A stretch of DNA of 63,148 nucleotides, filler included, from Salisapilia sapeloensis CBS 127946 (taxonomy: Eukaryota; Protista; Oomycota): the NCBI GenBank assembly GCA_023334545.1. It is 10 parts of 10 records of this genome, joined end to end, with 100 filler letters (N's around TTAATTAATTAA, not from the genome) between each part and the next. Parts side by side here need not be neighbours in the genome. Positions count along the whole stretch, not along the records: positions 1 to 20,078 come from JAADVB010000303.1; 9 more parts are not named here. One strand, written 5' to 3'. Below are positions 1 through 10,920 of this stretch, one piece after another. Positions within the stretch are counted from its first letter, which is position 1; every line of letters begins with the position of its first letter. The notes below the pieces were generated by a model. It made no database searches. It was not told the origin of the DNA and saw only the letters and a program-made list of their open reading frames with translations. Both the position numbers and the translations under genes were made by a program.

Positions 1-1671
1 AGTTCGATCATTAACTATGCAGCCATTCAGATGAAGACAAGCGCTAACAACATGCTTGCTTTACACTTCCGGCGCCGGCTTCGGCAGTATATCCACTTTC
101 GGTATGCTACGAATGATGTGATAAAATTGAACAGAAAGGAAGAAACACGCCTTGTTGAAAGCTGCTATCCGATTCAAAAGGTTCCAATTCTAGACAATGA
201 TGGTCAACCTACCCAAGACACCAGGCCACTTTGGACCGAGTGGGATCATACAAACAATTCCTTAAAGCTAGAACTGCGTCATTGACTTGCTATGGTGCCA
301 TGGCCACTTACGATTTGACGCAACACAGGACATTTTATCCGTAAGTTACATGATATGCTAAGATGGATGGAGATGTTTGTGGCCAAACACCCGCGTACGA
401 AGGGATCAAAACTCTACTCTTTATTACCAGTCTCTACGTCGTATCAGCCACTCTTCATTACCATCTCTTCTCACAGTTTATACAACATCTTTGCCCAGCT
501 CAAACAAAGCAATAGCTTCAAGAAGTACCTGCGCAGTAAGCTAGATATTGAGTTGGATCGGCGTCTTAAATCAGATTCGCAGCTACCTTTTAGTAAAACA
601 ACTTTTGCTGTGCACGGTAAAAACTCCTAAGGAAAGTCTTCAATGTGGCACCCTTCGAAACTAAGCATCGGACATTTGGTAACCAAATGACTACGAACGG
701 ATATTCGGTGTCAATTTCGATGCATTGTCTACAAGAAGCGACTACTGACGTCACGCTAGATGCCCAAACAAGAAACTTAGACAGCACGATGGAAAGACAG
801 TGTCCATGCATCAAAACAAAACCACCTGAATTACTTTAGAGACGCACTCTCTAAGCTCGGTCCCGAATATGAACCAGCTGTGCTTATCGGGATAGACCCG
901 GGGATGCGGACACTTGTAACCGCCGCAACGGTGGGTCACCTGCACCGAAGGCGTCGGAAAAAACCTCCCTATACAGATGTTGAGACCGATACGTCGGAGG
1001 ATATTCAAAAGCAAGGCTTCAAGAAATTTATATCGGTTGACGCGCAAGAATGTCGCCATCTAGCTAAGTTCGGTGACTATGCACAATGGCATGAAGACTT
1101 AAAGTCTCGTGAGCCGTGGTATCGCTCAATCCTTAGCGCCGTACCTTCACACAAGGTATCCAGCTACGAAGACTACGTCATCCGCCTCCCATTCTTTTGG
1201 AAGCACCTTAGCTTCATGTTGACATTCACAGCAGTAGAAGGCTTTCGGAGGTGGCGATTCACGCGCAGGAGAGCGAGCATGAAGGCTCTTGAAACCATTG
1301 CAATCCCATCGATGAATACCGAACGAGGAAGACGTATTCGTCTTGTCACCAGCGTCTCCATCAAGCTCGCCTTTTTACAAAAATAACAGGCGAATGAGGA
1401 CATCAGAACCAAAACACGTCGATCAAAAAAGAAGCTGAAGGAGATTGGTGAGATGCACAAATTTAAAAAAGCACGCCTGGCGGATAAAACGATTAGGCTA
1501 ACATGTACCGGAAACGTTCTACACTGTGCGAACAGTAAATGCACGGCAAACTTCTGGAACCGAGACGTCAACTCGGCTCTGAGCATCCTTGAGCAACTTA
1601 GATATGGTTTAAAGGAAAAGCATGGGGCCATTAAAATTCGAGTTATGCGGCGTGGACTACCAAAGATGTAG
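1..1671 (+). pseudogene. Fragmented Fanzor1 (eukaryotic TnpB-like RNA-guided RuvC nuclease); 5' part extends beyond the window start
   Basis: The + ORFs 31-285, 355-630, 645-839, 880-1386 and 1453-1671 stitch into one protein. RuvC-I GIDPG (Asp codon 895-897). RuvC-II IDEYRTRKT..C in a shifted frame (Glu codon 1314-1316, absent from the ORF track). Zn-ribbon C-x4-C then RuvC-III WNRDVNSA (Asp codon 1564-1566). Premature stops at 283, 316, 628 and 1384, plus several frameshifts. Confidence 0.85.
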
Positions 1672-1680
1672 AAAGGATTC

Positions 1681-1736
1681 ATGTAGGCGGAAAGCTATGC
1701 AGCACATGTGCTGCGGAAACGCGTAGCCGTCTACAT
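1681..1736 (+). ncRNA. Candidate Fanzor omegaRNA scaffold / transposon right end (nested stem-loop)
   Basis: Begins 10 nt after the Fanzor stop. ATGTAGGCG (1681-1689) pairs with CGTCTACAT (1728-1736). GCTATGC (1694-1700) pairs with GCGTAGC (1721-1727). Perfect 16-bp palindrome GCAGCACATGTGCTGC (1699-1714). GCG-GAAA-CGC tetraloop hairpin (1713-1722). Transcription is not shown. Confidence 0.45.
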
Positions 1737-2954
1737 CCATATATTGCTGAGCACATACGGAAGACTAGTACGGATGCCAGTGACCTTTCGTTCTCGCATA
1801 GAATAGCCGGTAAGAACAATAGAAAATGAGAGCTCAACCCATTGCTTACTCGGACCATTTCATCGCTCTAGCATCATGAACGGTGTTCAAGCTCACGCTT
1901 TATCGTTTATAATAGCAAGTCCAAGATTTGTCATGTACAATTTGAAGTCTGGGATGGTCTAGGAAGGTAGCTTTGGAGTTTGCATAGCAGTAAGTCGCAG
2001 CAAATGATGTCTAGACAGTTTAGTTCATGTAGTTGCAACAATCTCTCTGCTGATATCGTCATAATGTCATGGAAACTGTCAGACTGACCACTTCTGCTGT
2101 CATGAATCGTCTCGCTCCATGCTCAGACTCGTAGTACATTGAGAGCTTTTGACTATTAGGACATGATGGAGCTGCACAGTCTGCTTACCAGTATACACCA
2201 GAAGCTTAATTCCCCTTCTCAGCATGTGCCAACATAAACATGCATATTCATGAGAGCCCTTCCTACCCTACGATGCTAAGCGAAAGGCTAAGATAGACAT
2301 TAAGACTATGTTCGCGCTGAATACAGATTCAGCAATATTGGGGATTCACATTTTGTATTTCGATTTATCACTTGTCATTAAGAGCCTAACGTGACAATTC
2401 AATACAAAATTTCCGACTAACGAGGAATGCAAGAAGAAGTGATCGTTCGCCTTCGATGCGATCAGGAGGAAACCATCTTCGAGAATACTTCAAGTCGCGT
2501 CTGGTGCTCGACATATGCACATTTGAAAAAGCGCGCGAACGACTTGGTAAGCTCTTCGCTTTACTTGCGCTAGTGAGTTCTTCGCCATGTCATTGGGACG
2601 AAGTACAGCATGGATCGCAAATATCGCTCAATCATTTCATCCAACACGGTACTATATCTGTTCCGAAAGATAAGCGAAGAGCTCACTAGCGCAATTAAAT
2701 CGAATGACAGTTCAACCTGAAGGGCTTCGAGGATACACCACGATATACCCAACACTATGCCCCGCCAAGGTTTGGCTGAGGAGCGGACAATATACATGGA
2801 TAGAAAGGTAAATGTGGATAGCGATGTAAGAGTAGGACGAACTAATCAAAGAGTTTGACATCGGTTCCTGCTACAGTTTTAGCGTTTTTGTTCACATAAT
2901 GCGTAACGCTCCTTGCTTAATGCCCGAATTTCTGTTCAGCGAATACGGTCTTAA

Positions 2955-3229
2955 CAAATGCAAGGATCAGTCTACACGCAAGCTAAGAGTAAGCGGTATA
3001 CATCTTTGTGTCCAAAATGAAGGCAGACGAAAAGGAACGAAGGTATCAGATCTGCGAAGGAGACCTTGATGGGCCGTTGATTCATGAAGGAAACTTGATC
3101 GGTGTATCCTCATGGACTTTTGCCTATTGCAAAAAAAGAATAAGAATGATTTTCACCAAGGTCAGTGCTGTTTGTGATCTTATTAATGAAGCAGCAAAAC
3201 TTGGTCTGGACAGCCGCAGCGAGAACTGA
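2955..3229 (+). pseudogene. Decayed trypsin-like (S1) serine protease C-terminal fragment
   Basis: CEGDLDGPL..EGNLIGVSSW...C......FTKVS resembles C.GDSGGPL....LIGVVSWG..C.....YTRVS. The catalytic Ser position is Leu. An upstream C..LC segment lies in another frame. Confidence 0.55.
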
Positions 3230-4721
3230 ACTTCTTAATCGAAAATGACTTTAATTTAAGATTGCTGTTCATGCTATAACCTCAGTAGAGCGTTATGTTT
3301 GTGTTCTTTTGAAGGTTTCGTAAGTTCTATCTCACCCATTGACAGACGAGGAACGTATCGAGCATTGTCTAGTGTTCCTCATTCTCCTTTGTGGTGCTCA
3401 GAGAAATTCCTTTGTTTTTCTCGCGCATACTGTGCAAAGTGCTTGCTCGGACATAGGTAGATGACTAAACACATAAATTCAATTCAATGTGTAAATTGCT
3501 TGCTGATCCTACTAGTGATAGCGAGCGCTAGGCGAGTAGCATCCAATGAACATGATAGTATCCGACAGATTTATACGGAGAATTAACTAGAAGAGCTGAA
3601 CAACATCATAATGCGTACTCAGTCAAAGCAAATTGAACCAATTTGCGCTTGGAGATGTATGCTATGAAACCGACAGCTGGTAAACACGAGCAGTCAATAT
3701 TGGTCTTAGCAAGAAAGTAGGCAATCACATGCTGAGATTAGAATTTAAATGAGAAATGGATTGGTACATCAAGTGTAGCAAAACATTACTAGATTCGACA
3801 TTCTGCTATACCTGGTCTATGACTAGTAGATGCTGGATGCGTTTCAGATGCCATTGTTTGCAAGGCCTGATCCTCAACGGCGTTCACACCTTTTGCTCTG
3901 GCATTCAGACAGACACGATACCACACTGCTCTCACACTCATCGATTTTTCGCGGCTATCTACGTTTTCTTCCTATATCACGATATGGACACGGCAATCTA
4001 CAATAACACATGCTAGTCTGCTATCTCAACACTAAAAATCTCCCTCCATCTACATTTATATAACTAGCTACCACCAGGAACGCAAAGCAAAGCATTGTGA
4101 ATCGGTCAAGAAAGCATGGAAAAAGGTTTTATTCCATGTGGTCAAGTTATTCGACTAACTCGATGAAATTGATTGAAAAGTGGTAAATGCACAAAGCTGC
4201 TGGGTGCACCGGGACTTGAAAGCTCTCGCTAGTATATAAACCTGCGATGAAAATGTTCGTGCATACCTTATGTAAGTCTTTTCTAGTCGCTCATGACCTC
4301 GCCGACTTCCAGTCATACTTGGACGTTCAATAGATACAGACACCCGGCCATATCATTACACAAGATCCGCCGGTCCTTCAGACATCGCTACCATCTTTAA
4401 AATGCAATTGACTTTTCTTCGTTGACAAAAGGACGTATGACCAAGTCTATAAAACCCTAGATACTTTAAATTCCCTCAAGCAGAGTTCAGAAACCGAGAC
4501 TCGATATTCCACAACTTCATGTTTATCATCGTATCCATTCTACGCATATGACACCGTCTCACAGTAGAATCTAATCTCTACCTTTTACAGTCGTAAATTC
4601 TACCGTTTAGTCTAAAACCATGACAAAAGTCCACGTGGACCATATCTGAGGCGTCAAAGGAGCTGTAGGGAGAGGTCCAAGGGATCGCACGCTGAGCGCA
4701 CGAGATTCATCGTTCGAGAGC

Positions 4722-7283
4722 ATGTACAACCAGAATCAAAACTACGGTCAGAACCCAAACTACGGCCAGGCCGGCGGTCAAGACCAATACGCTCAGCAGC
4801 AGTATGCGCAGCAGCAGCAATACGCGCAGCAGCCTGGATACCAGGATTATCAGCAGCAAGGGTATGCTCAACAGGGGTACCAGCAAGATTATAGCCAGCA
4901 GCAAGACTACAGCCAGCAGCAGTACAACCAGTACGACCAGTACAATGGCCAGGGGTACGAGCCGGAGCCATCGATGCCAGGTCAGCAGCCTGGCGAGTGG
5001 GACTTTGCCGGCATGGAGGCCAAGGACGGCATCCGCTTTTCGTGGAACAGTTGGCCTAGCACCAAGCTGGAGCAGACGCGCAGTGTCGTGCCACTTGGGT
5101 GCCTGTACCAGCCTCTGAAGCCGATCGAAGGCATGCCTCCTGCGCTCGAGTACGATCCGATTCAGTGCAAGTCGTGCGCTTCGGTCTTGAATCCGTTCTG
5201 CCAAGTGGACTTTGTCAGTAAGCTCTGGGTCTGTCCGTTCTGCGTCACGCGCAACCAGTTCCCGCCGCACTATGCCGAGAATATTACGCAGGAGAACCTC
5301 CCAGCGGAGCTCATTCCGCAGTACTCGACGCTCGAGTACGAGCTGCAGGATCGTCAGGCCGGCCCACCTGTGTTCGTCTTTTGTATCGACACCTGTGTGC
5401 ATGAAGAGGAGCTGGAGCAGCTCAAGGACTCGATCCAGCAGACGCTCAACCAGCTCCCGCCCGACGCGCTCGTGGGGCTCGTCACCTTCGGCACGATGGT
5501 CCACGTGCATGAGCTAGGCTTCACGGACGTCCCCAAGTCCCACGTCTTCCGCGGGAACAAGGACTTTACGGCGCAGCAGATCCACGACATGCTCGGCCTG
5601 GCAGTCGTGAACCGAGGACCGCAGCAGCAGCAGCAGCAGCATACGAATAACGCCAGTCGCTTCCTCTTGCCGGTGCTTGACTGCGGCTTCCACGTCGAGT
5701 CCATTCTCGAGGACTTGCAACGAGACCCGTGGCCCGTGGCAGCCGACCAGCGCGCGCAGAGATGCACTGGTGTCGCTCTGAGCGTCTGCGTCGGTCTGCT
5801 CGAATCGACGTATCGTGGCCAAGGCGCTCGGATCATGGCGTTTGTCGGCGGCCCACCGACCGTCGGGCCTGGCAGCATCGTCAACCGCGACCGGAAGGAG
5901 GACATCCGGTCGCACACAGACCTCCAGAAGGACCGCGCGCCTCTGACCAAGACGGCCGTGGAGCACTATGCGCACTTGGCGGATCGATGCGTCAAGTCAC
6001 ATCACGTCCTCGACATCTTTGCCTGCTCTTTAGACCAGAGTGGCGTGATGGAGATGAAGCCTTGCGTCCAGCGCACGGGAGGCGTCGTCGTCCTTGCGGA
6101 TTCGTTCGGCCAGTCTGTCTTCCGCGAGTCCTTCAGTCGTATGTTCGCCAAGTTTTCGGACGAAGCCGCCGAGTGCGATCGAGACCACTTGACGATGGCG
6201 TTCGCAGGGAGTCTCGAAGTGCTCACGAGTCGAGAGTTCAAGGTCGCAGGTGCCATCGGTCCCTGTGCTGCCTCCCACCGCCAAGGCGCAGCGCCCAAGA
6301 ACGTGGCCGAGACACAGATCGGCGTCGGCGGCACGAACACATGGTCTATGGGTGGCCTCGACCCGAACACGACGCTTGCGCTCTACTTTGACGTGTCGAA
6401 CCAAGGCTCACTGGCGCCTGGCAAAGGCCGCTACCTGCAGCTCATCACGCGCTATCAGCATGCCAGCGGACGCTATCGCACGCGCGTGACGACCATCTGC
6501 GGTCCGTGGACGACGGATCCGAACGATACGCACTCGCTCGCTCGCAGCTTTGACCAGGAAGCCGCGGCCGTGCTCTTGGCACGCATCGCCGTGCACCGGT
6601 CGGAGCAAGGGGAGGAGCAGCTGGACATCATGCGCTGGATCGACCGGTCGCTCATCCGCCTCGCGTCGAGGTTTGCCGACTACCGAGCCGACGACCCGTC
6701 GAGCTTCCGCCTTCCGCCCGAGTTTTCCATTTTCCCTCAGTTCATGTTCCACCTCCGTCGATCGCAGTTCCTGACGGTCTTTGGGTACTCTCCGGATGAA
6801 AGCGCTTACTATCGCCATTCGTTACTACGAGAGAACGCGACGAACTCGTTGGTCATGATCCAACCGTCGCTTTTATCCTACTCCTTCAATGGCCCGCCAG
6901 AGCCTGCGCTCTTGGACTCGACGAGCGTCCGACCAGATACGATCTTACTACTGGATTCCTTCTTCTACGTCGTCGTCTTCCACGGCGACACGATCGCTGC
7001 GTGGCGAGACCAAAAGTACCATGAGGATCCGGCACATGAGCACTTCAAGAACCTGCTGGAAGCTCCGCAGGCAGATGCGCAGTTGATCATGGACTCGCGG
7101 TTCCCAGTCCCGAGATACATTGTGTGCGACCAGCACAAGAGTCAATCTCGGTTCCTAATGGCCAAGCTGAATCCGTCGACGACGCACAACAGCATGGACG
7201 GCCAGGGTGAAGTCATCTTCACGGACGACGTGTCGCTCAAGGTCTTCATGGAGCACCTGATCAACCTCGCGGTCAAGTCGTAG
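4722..7283 (+). CDS. SEC23: COPII coat protein Sec23 with Q/Y/G/N-rich N-terminal extension
   Basis: 853-aa ORF containing [11 protein letters not shown], Zn finger C..C..LNPFC..WVCPFC, trunk [52 protein letters not shown] and [15 protein letters not shown]. Confidence 0.97.
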   Translation: MYNQNQNYGQNPNYGQAGGQDQYAQQQYAQQQQYAQQPGYQDYQQQGYAQQGYQQDYSQQQDYSQQQYNQYDQYNGQGYEPEPSMPGQQPGEWDFAGMEAKDGIRFSWNSWPSTKLEQTRSVVPLGCLYQPLKPIEGMPPALEYDPIQCKSCASVLNPFCQVDFVSKLWVCPFCVTRNQFPPHYAENITQENLPAELIPQYSTLEYELQDRQAGPPVFVFCIDTCVHEEELEQLKDSIQQTLNQLPPDALVGLVTFGTMVHVHELGFTDVPKSHVFRGNKDFTAQQIHDMLGLAVVNRGPQQQQQQHTNNASRFLLPVLDCGFHVESILEDLQRDPWPVAADQRAQRCTGVALSVCVGLLESTYRGQGARIMAFVGGPPTVGPGSIVNRDRKEDIRSHTDLQKDRAPLTKTAVEHYAHLADRCVKSHHVLDIFACSLDQSGVMEMKPCVQRTGGVVVLADSFGQSVFRESFSRMFAKFSDEAAECDRDHLTMAFAGSLEVLTSREFKVAGAIGPCAASHRQGAAPKNVAETQIGVGGTNTWSMGGLDPNTTLALYFDVSNQGSLAPGKGRYLQLITRYQHASGRYRTRVTTICGPWTTDPNDTHSLARSFDQEAAAVLLARIAVHRSEQGEEQLDIMRWIDRSLIRLASRFADYRADDPSSFRLPPEFSIFPQFMFHLRRSQFLTVFGYSPDESAYYRHSLLRENATNSLVMIQPSLLSYSFNGPPEPALLDSTSVRPDTILLLDSFFYVVVFHGDTIAAWRDQKYHEDPAHEHFKNLLEAPQADAQLIMDSRFPVPRYIVCDQHKSQSRFLMAKLNPSTTHNSMDGQGEVIFTDDVSLKVFMEHLINLAVKS

Positions 7284-7299
7284 GAATACTCGTTCTTTC

Positions 7300-7374
7300 T
7301 CTTTTCTTTGGGTGATGTGTTCTTTTCTTTGGGTGACGTGCTCTTTTCTTTGGATGACACTTTCTTTTCTTTGG
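7300..7374. repeat. 21-bp tandem repeat (about 3.6 copies) downstream of Sec23
   Basis: Units TCTTTTCTTTGGGTGATGTGT / TCTTTTCTTTGGGTGACGTGC / TCTTTTCTTTGGATGACACTT / TCTTTTCTTTGG. Confidence 0.85.
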
Positions 7375-7534
7375 CCAAGTACCGTCCGTTACTAAAAGAG
7401 GGTGGAAGAGGCTATTTATACGCCAGCATACTCTAGCCAAGTGGATTTTTCCACCTTGGGTTCTATGCCACAGTCCAGTTTCCCAGTGAGAAGGCGGCGA
7501 CTAGTAGCTCGAGGCGTCTGCTGAGAGAAACTTC

Positions 7535-10500
7535 ATGACGGACAAGGAGCCGTATTTACGCGCTGAGAGCATGTCGACGGACGATGCGCATGTCGAGGCA
7601 GAGATCGTGCGTCCGAGTGCCTCCATACGCGTTACGCAGAGCCGACCGACGTTTAGTGACGCCGGCTCCGGCCGAGGGCTCGGGACGAACGACCATGGGC
7701 CTAACCAGCCGCCGATGAACGTCGGGTCGAGCGACGCAGGCGATCTGGACGATAACATCATCTCTGTCCACGGGTACATGCACAAGCAGGGCAAGCGGAC
7801 GATCAAAGGTCCGATCCACAAGAGCTGGAAGCGTCGGTACTTTGCGTTGGAGAAAGCCAAGATCTACTACTTCCACAGCCACTTGGACTGTCGACAGTAC
7901 TTCACCACTCGCAACGCAGATCTGGTGGTGGGCGCCGTGGAGCTTAAGGACGCGCTGCAGCTGCGTCCTTGTGCCCGACTCGACCTGCCGCATAAGGGCT
8001 TTGAGATCCACACGAAGCGCCGGGTGTGGGTCCTGTGTCCCGAGACGGATGACGAGTACCGCATGTGGTTCCAAGGCGTCGAACGCGCCATCGTCGGGAA
8101 CGGTGCTGGGAACATCATCGAGCGCAAGCTGCCCAACGTCCGCAAGTACCAGATGAAGGGCAACCAGACGTACCGTGTCTTTTACTTTATCTTCCTCCTG
8201 ACGGGTCTCATGGAGCTCCTGGGCCTGGCCTTCTGGTTTGTCGTGGGCGTCGAGCCATGCGACGCCGCTCGACCGACGATCGACTGCGGGAAGATCATGA
8301 GCAACACGCTCAACGTCCTCCGCTGTCGTCCGGAACCCATGAGCGGGGTCCTCACGCCTGCCGACTGGTACATGCAGATCGCCGGCGTGGACGACGTCAA
8401 GTGTTTCCACGACCCGCCGATCCTCCAGTGGATCTCGTTCTTTGCTCTGGGCTTTGCAGAGGTCCTGAGCTTCTTCCTCGGGACCTTGTACTACTTGGGC
8501 ATGTGGAAGCCAGTGCGTCGAGGAGCGCACTACTTTGACGAGTTCGAGCCTCGTGTCCCGGATGAGCTCTGGCCTCGTGTCGATGTGCTACTGTGCCACT
8601 ACTCAGAGCCGGCGGAGGAGACGATCGATACGCTCATGGCGTGTGTGAACCTGCAGTACCCTCCGCATCTGCTCCAGATCTACGTCCTGGACGACGGCTA
8701 CTGCAAGAGCAAGTGGACCAAGGGGAACCCGGTGCCGACGGTGGAACTCAACAAGGGCATTCTCGAGACGGCAGGAGACTTGCGTCAGGAAGTCGCGCAG
8801 TTCATGTACGATCGGGTGTGCGACCCGAATGAAGAGATGGAGGTGTATGCGTGGCGGAAGCTGCATTCGTCTGCGAACCTCCCGTCGGCTTCTCGTGTCA
8901 AGGTGGTGAATCGAGCGGACTGTGCTGCTGGATCCTTCCGAGACGACTATCGGTACCCTGGTCTACCCCATGTGACGTACATTGGTCGCGTCAAGCCAGA
9001 GGTGCACTACTCCAAGGCAGGCAACATCAACAATTGTCTCTACAACGAAGGTGCGAATGGCAAGTACCTCATGATCCTCGATACGGACATGCAGCCGCAC
9101 CCCAAGTTCATCTTAGCCACTCTTCCCTTCTTCTTTGACGACGAAGACAGACAGGACAAGAGCACGTACGCTTGCTGCTGCACTGGCTGTAGCAACGTCG
9201 CCAAGCTCTGCTGCGCCTCGTGCAAGATCGCAGGCGTGCCGGAGGAGAGCATGAGCTACTGCTCGAAAGAGTGCTTTGAGAACGCCATGCACGCGCGGAG
9301 CGACGTCCATCGACGACAGGTGAACGGGACGCTCAACGACAATACGGAGACCAAGGAGCTCCGGTGCATGAAGTGCGACACCAAGCTCGGGAAGCAGGGC
9401 TTCTGCCGCAAGTGCCAGAACACGGAGGGAGACGGGCAGACGGCGACGCTGTCGACGTACTCGGACGACGTGCAGCACAACTCGGTCGCCTTCGTCCAGA
9501 CGCCACAGTACTTTCGAGACTGCGTCCAGCTGCAGATCGGAGACCCGATGGGCCATCGTAACGCGACATTCTACGACGCCATCCAGACTGGACAAGATGG
9601 ATACGAGTGCGCTTCGTTCGCCGGCACGAACGCCATGTTCCGCCGAGAAGCGCTGGACTCGATCGCGGGCATTCAGTACGGCAGTCTGACGGAGGACTGC
9701 TACACCGGCCAGATGCTGTGCGGCATGGGCTGGAAGGCGCTGTACTTCCGGAAGGACTTTGAAGGCGAGGCGACGGAGCGCATTCGGCTTGCAGAAGGAC
9801 TCATCCCCGAGACGGTGGCCAACAGTCTGGCGCAGCGGAAGCGGTGGGCCAAGGGCAACTTCCAGATCGCTCTGATGAAGAAGGACAAGAAGCTCGTGGA
9901 TCCCGAGTGGAGGCAGCCGCACGTCGAGCTCCCGCCAGCGCGCAAGAGCAACAAGTTTATGCGCCGAGTCTTCTACCTGAACTCGACCTTGTACCCGCTC
10001 GGATCCATCTCGGCGCTCCTCTTTTGCTACATTACCATCTACTTTTTGTACACCGGCTACGCACCCATCTACATGAGTGGCCTGCGGCTATTGATCGCTC
10101 TCGTGCCCAAGCTCTTGGTCCAAGGACTCTTGTCTGCGCTGAGCAACCGGACGGTCGAGAACAACGACGTCATCCGGTCGCAGGAAGTCTGGTTCGCCTA
10201 TGCGTTCACCAACTGCACGGCCGTCGCGGAGGCCTTTTGGTGGAAGATCACGGGCAAGGAGCCGCGGTGGTTCAACACCGGAGGCGCGAACCGAGGATCG
10301 CTCGCGGAAGTCCCGAACGTCATTGTCTTTATGGGCACGTGCGTCGGCATCGCCTGGGCGATTGTGCGCTTCTTGGCAGGGTACAATGTGGAGCAAACGT
10401 CGCATGGCGCGTCGTTGCTGTTCGCAAGTCTGCTGATGGGCCTGTTCATCGCCGTCAAGCTCGGCCCGAGCGTCCGCATGAGCATCCAGGAGTACTTTGG

Positions 10501-10621
10501 CTGGAGCTACCAGAGCATGATGGACCAGGGCAACTTTTTCGGGAGCGTCTCGATGGCCGTGGGCTTCGCCTTCATCGTCCTGTGGGTGTACATCGAAAAG
10601 CCCTCGAGCAATCCGTTTTAA
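7535..10621 (+). CDS. CesA: Cellulose synthase with N-terminal PH domain (oomycete CesA1/CesA2 type), copy A
   Basis: 1028 aa, intronless. PH domain (GYMHKQG..WKRRYF..W), GT2 motifs LDDG, KAGNINN, DTD, QTPQYF, TED, QRKRW, and multiple TM helices. Confidence 0.96.
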   Translation: MTDKEPYLRAESMSTDDAHVEAEIVRPSASIRVTQSRPTFSDAGSGRGLGTNDHGPNQPPMNVGSSDAGDLDDNIISVHGYMHKQGKRTIKGPIHKSWKRRYFALEKAKIYYFHSHLDCRQYFTTRNADLVVGAVELKDALQLRPCARLDLPHKGFEIHTKRRVWVLCPETDDEYRMWFQGVERAIVGNGAGNIIERKLPNVRKYQMKGNQTYRVFYFIFLLTGLMELLGLAFWFVVGVEPCDAARPTIDCGKIMSNTLNVLRCRPEPMSGVLTPADWYMQIAGVDDVKCFHDPPILQWISFFALGFAEVLSFFLGTLYYLGMWKPVRRGAHYFDEFEPRVPDELWPRVDVLLCHYSEPAEETIDTLMACVNLQYPPHLLQIYVLDDGYCKSKWTKGNPVPTVELNKGILETAGDLRQEVAQFMYDRVCDPNEEMEVYAWRKLHSSANLPSASRVKVVNRADCAAGSFRDDYRYPGLPHVTYIGRVKPEVHYSKAGNINNCLYNEGANGKYLMILDTDMQPHPKFILATLPFFFDDEDRQDKSTYACCCTGCSNVAKLCCASCKIAGVPEESMSYCSKECFENAMHARSDVHRRQVNGTLNDNTETKELRCMKCDTKLGKQGFCRKCQNTEGDGQTATLSTYSDDVQHNSVAFVQTPQYFRDCVQLQIGDPMGHRNATFYDAIQTGQDGYECASFAGTNAMFRREALDSIAGIQYGSLTEDCYTGQMLCGMGWKALYFRKDFEGEATERIRLAEGLIPETVANSLAQRKRWAKGNFQIALMKKDKKLVDPEWRQPHVELPPARKSNKFMRRVFYLNSTLYPLGSISALLFCYITIYFLYTGYAPIYMSGLRLLIALVPKLLVQGLLSALSNRTVENNDVIRSQEVWFAYAFTNCTAVAEAFWWKITGKEPRWFNTGGANRGSLAEVPNVIVFMGTCVGIAWAIVRFLAGYNVEQTSHGASLLFASLLMGLFIAVKLGPSVRMSIQEYFGWSYQSMMDQGNFFGSVSMAVGFAFIVLWVYIEKPSSNPF

Positions 10622-10920
10622 TCTTTCTTTTTCTTTTCTTTCGCAATACACATCCTCTCTTTTCTTTTTCTTTTTCGTAGAAGTGGTGCTGCCACGAGCA
10701 TGTCCTGCGTCTTCTCCCCTCTTTCCAAGCACCTTGACAATCGTTTCACATGCCGCTGTGCCTATAACGGGCGTCGTCTCCACTCTCCAAAGTGCCTCGA
10801 GGTGCCTCGTAGGTGAGAATCCAGTTCCGACCGGTCTTTGACTTGGCGTTTGTATGTAGACGGTAGAGACCGGCCGAAAAGAGGTGGTTTCGTCATTTCT
10901 CTAACTTGGACCAAGTACAG

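Noticed and set aside
2350-2410. Imperfect AT-rich hairpin (ATTTTGTATT/AATACAAAAT and TTGTCA/TGACAA arms)
   Set aside because: The arms are short and AT-rich with no TSD or second copy in the window, so it could be chance or an unidentifiable MITE relic.
7142-7378. Minus-strand ORF with KEK..SPKEK repeats
   Set aside because: It is the translation of the 21-bp CT-rich tandem repeat plus antisense Sec23, with no independent coding evidence.
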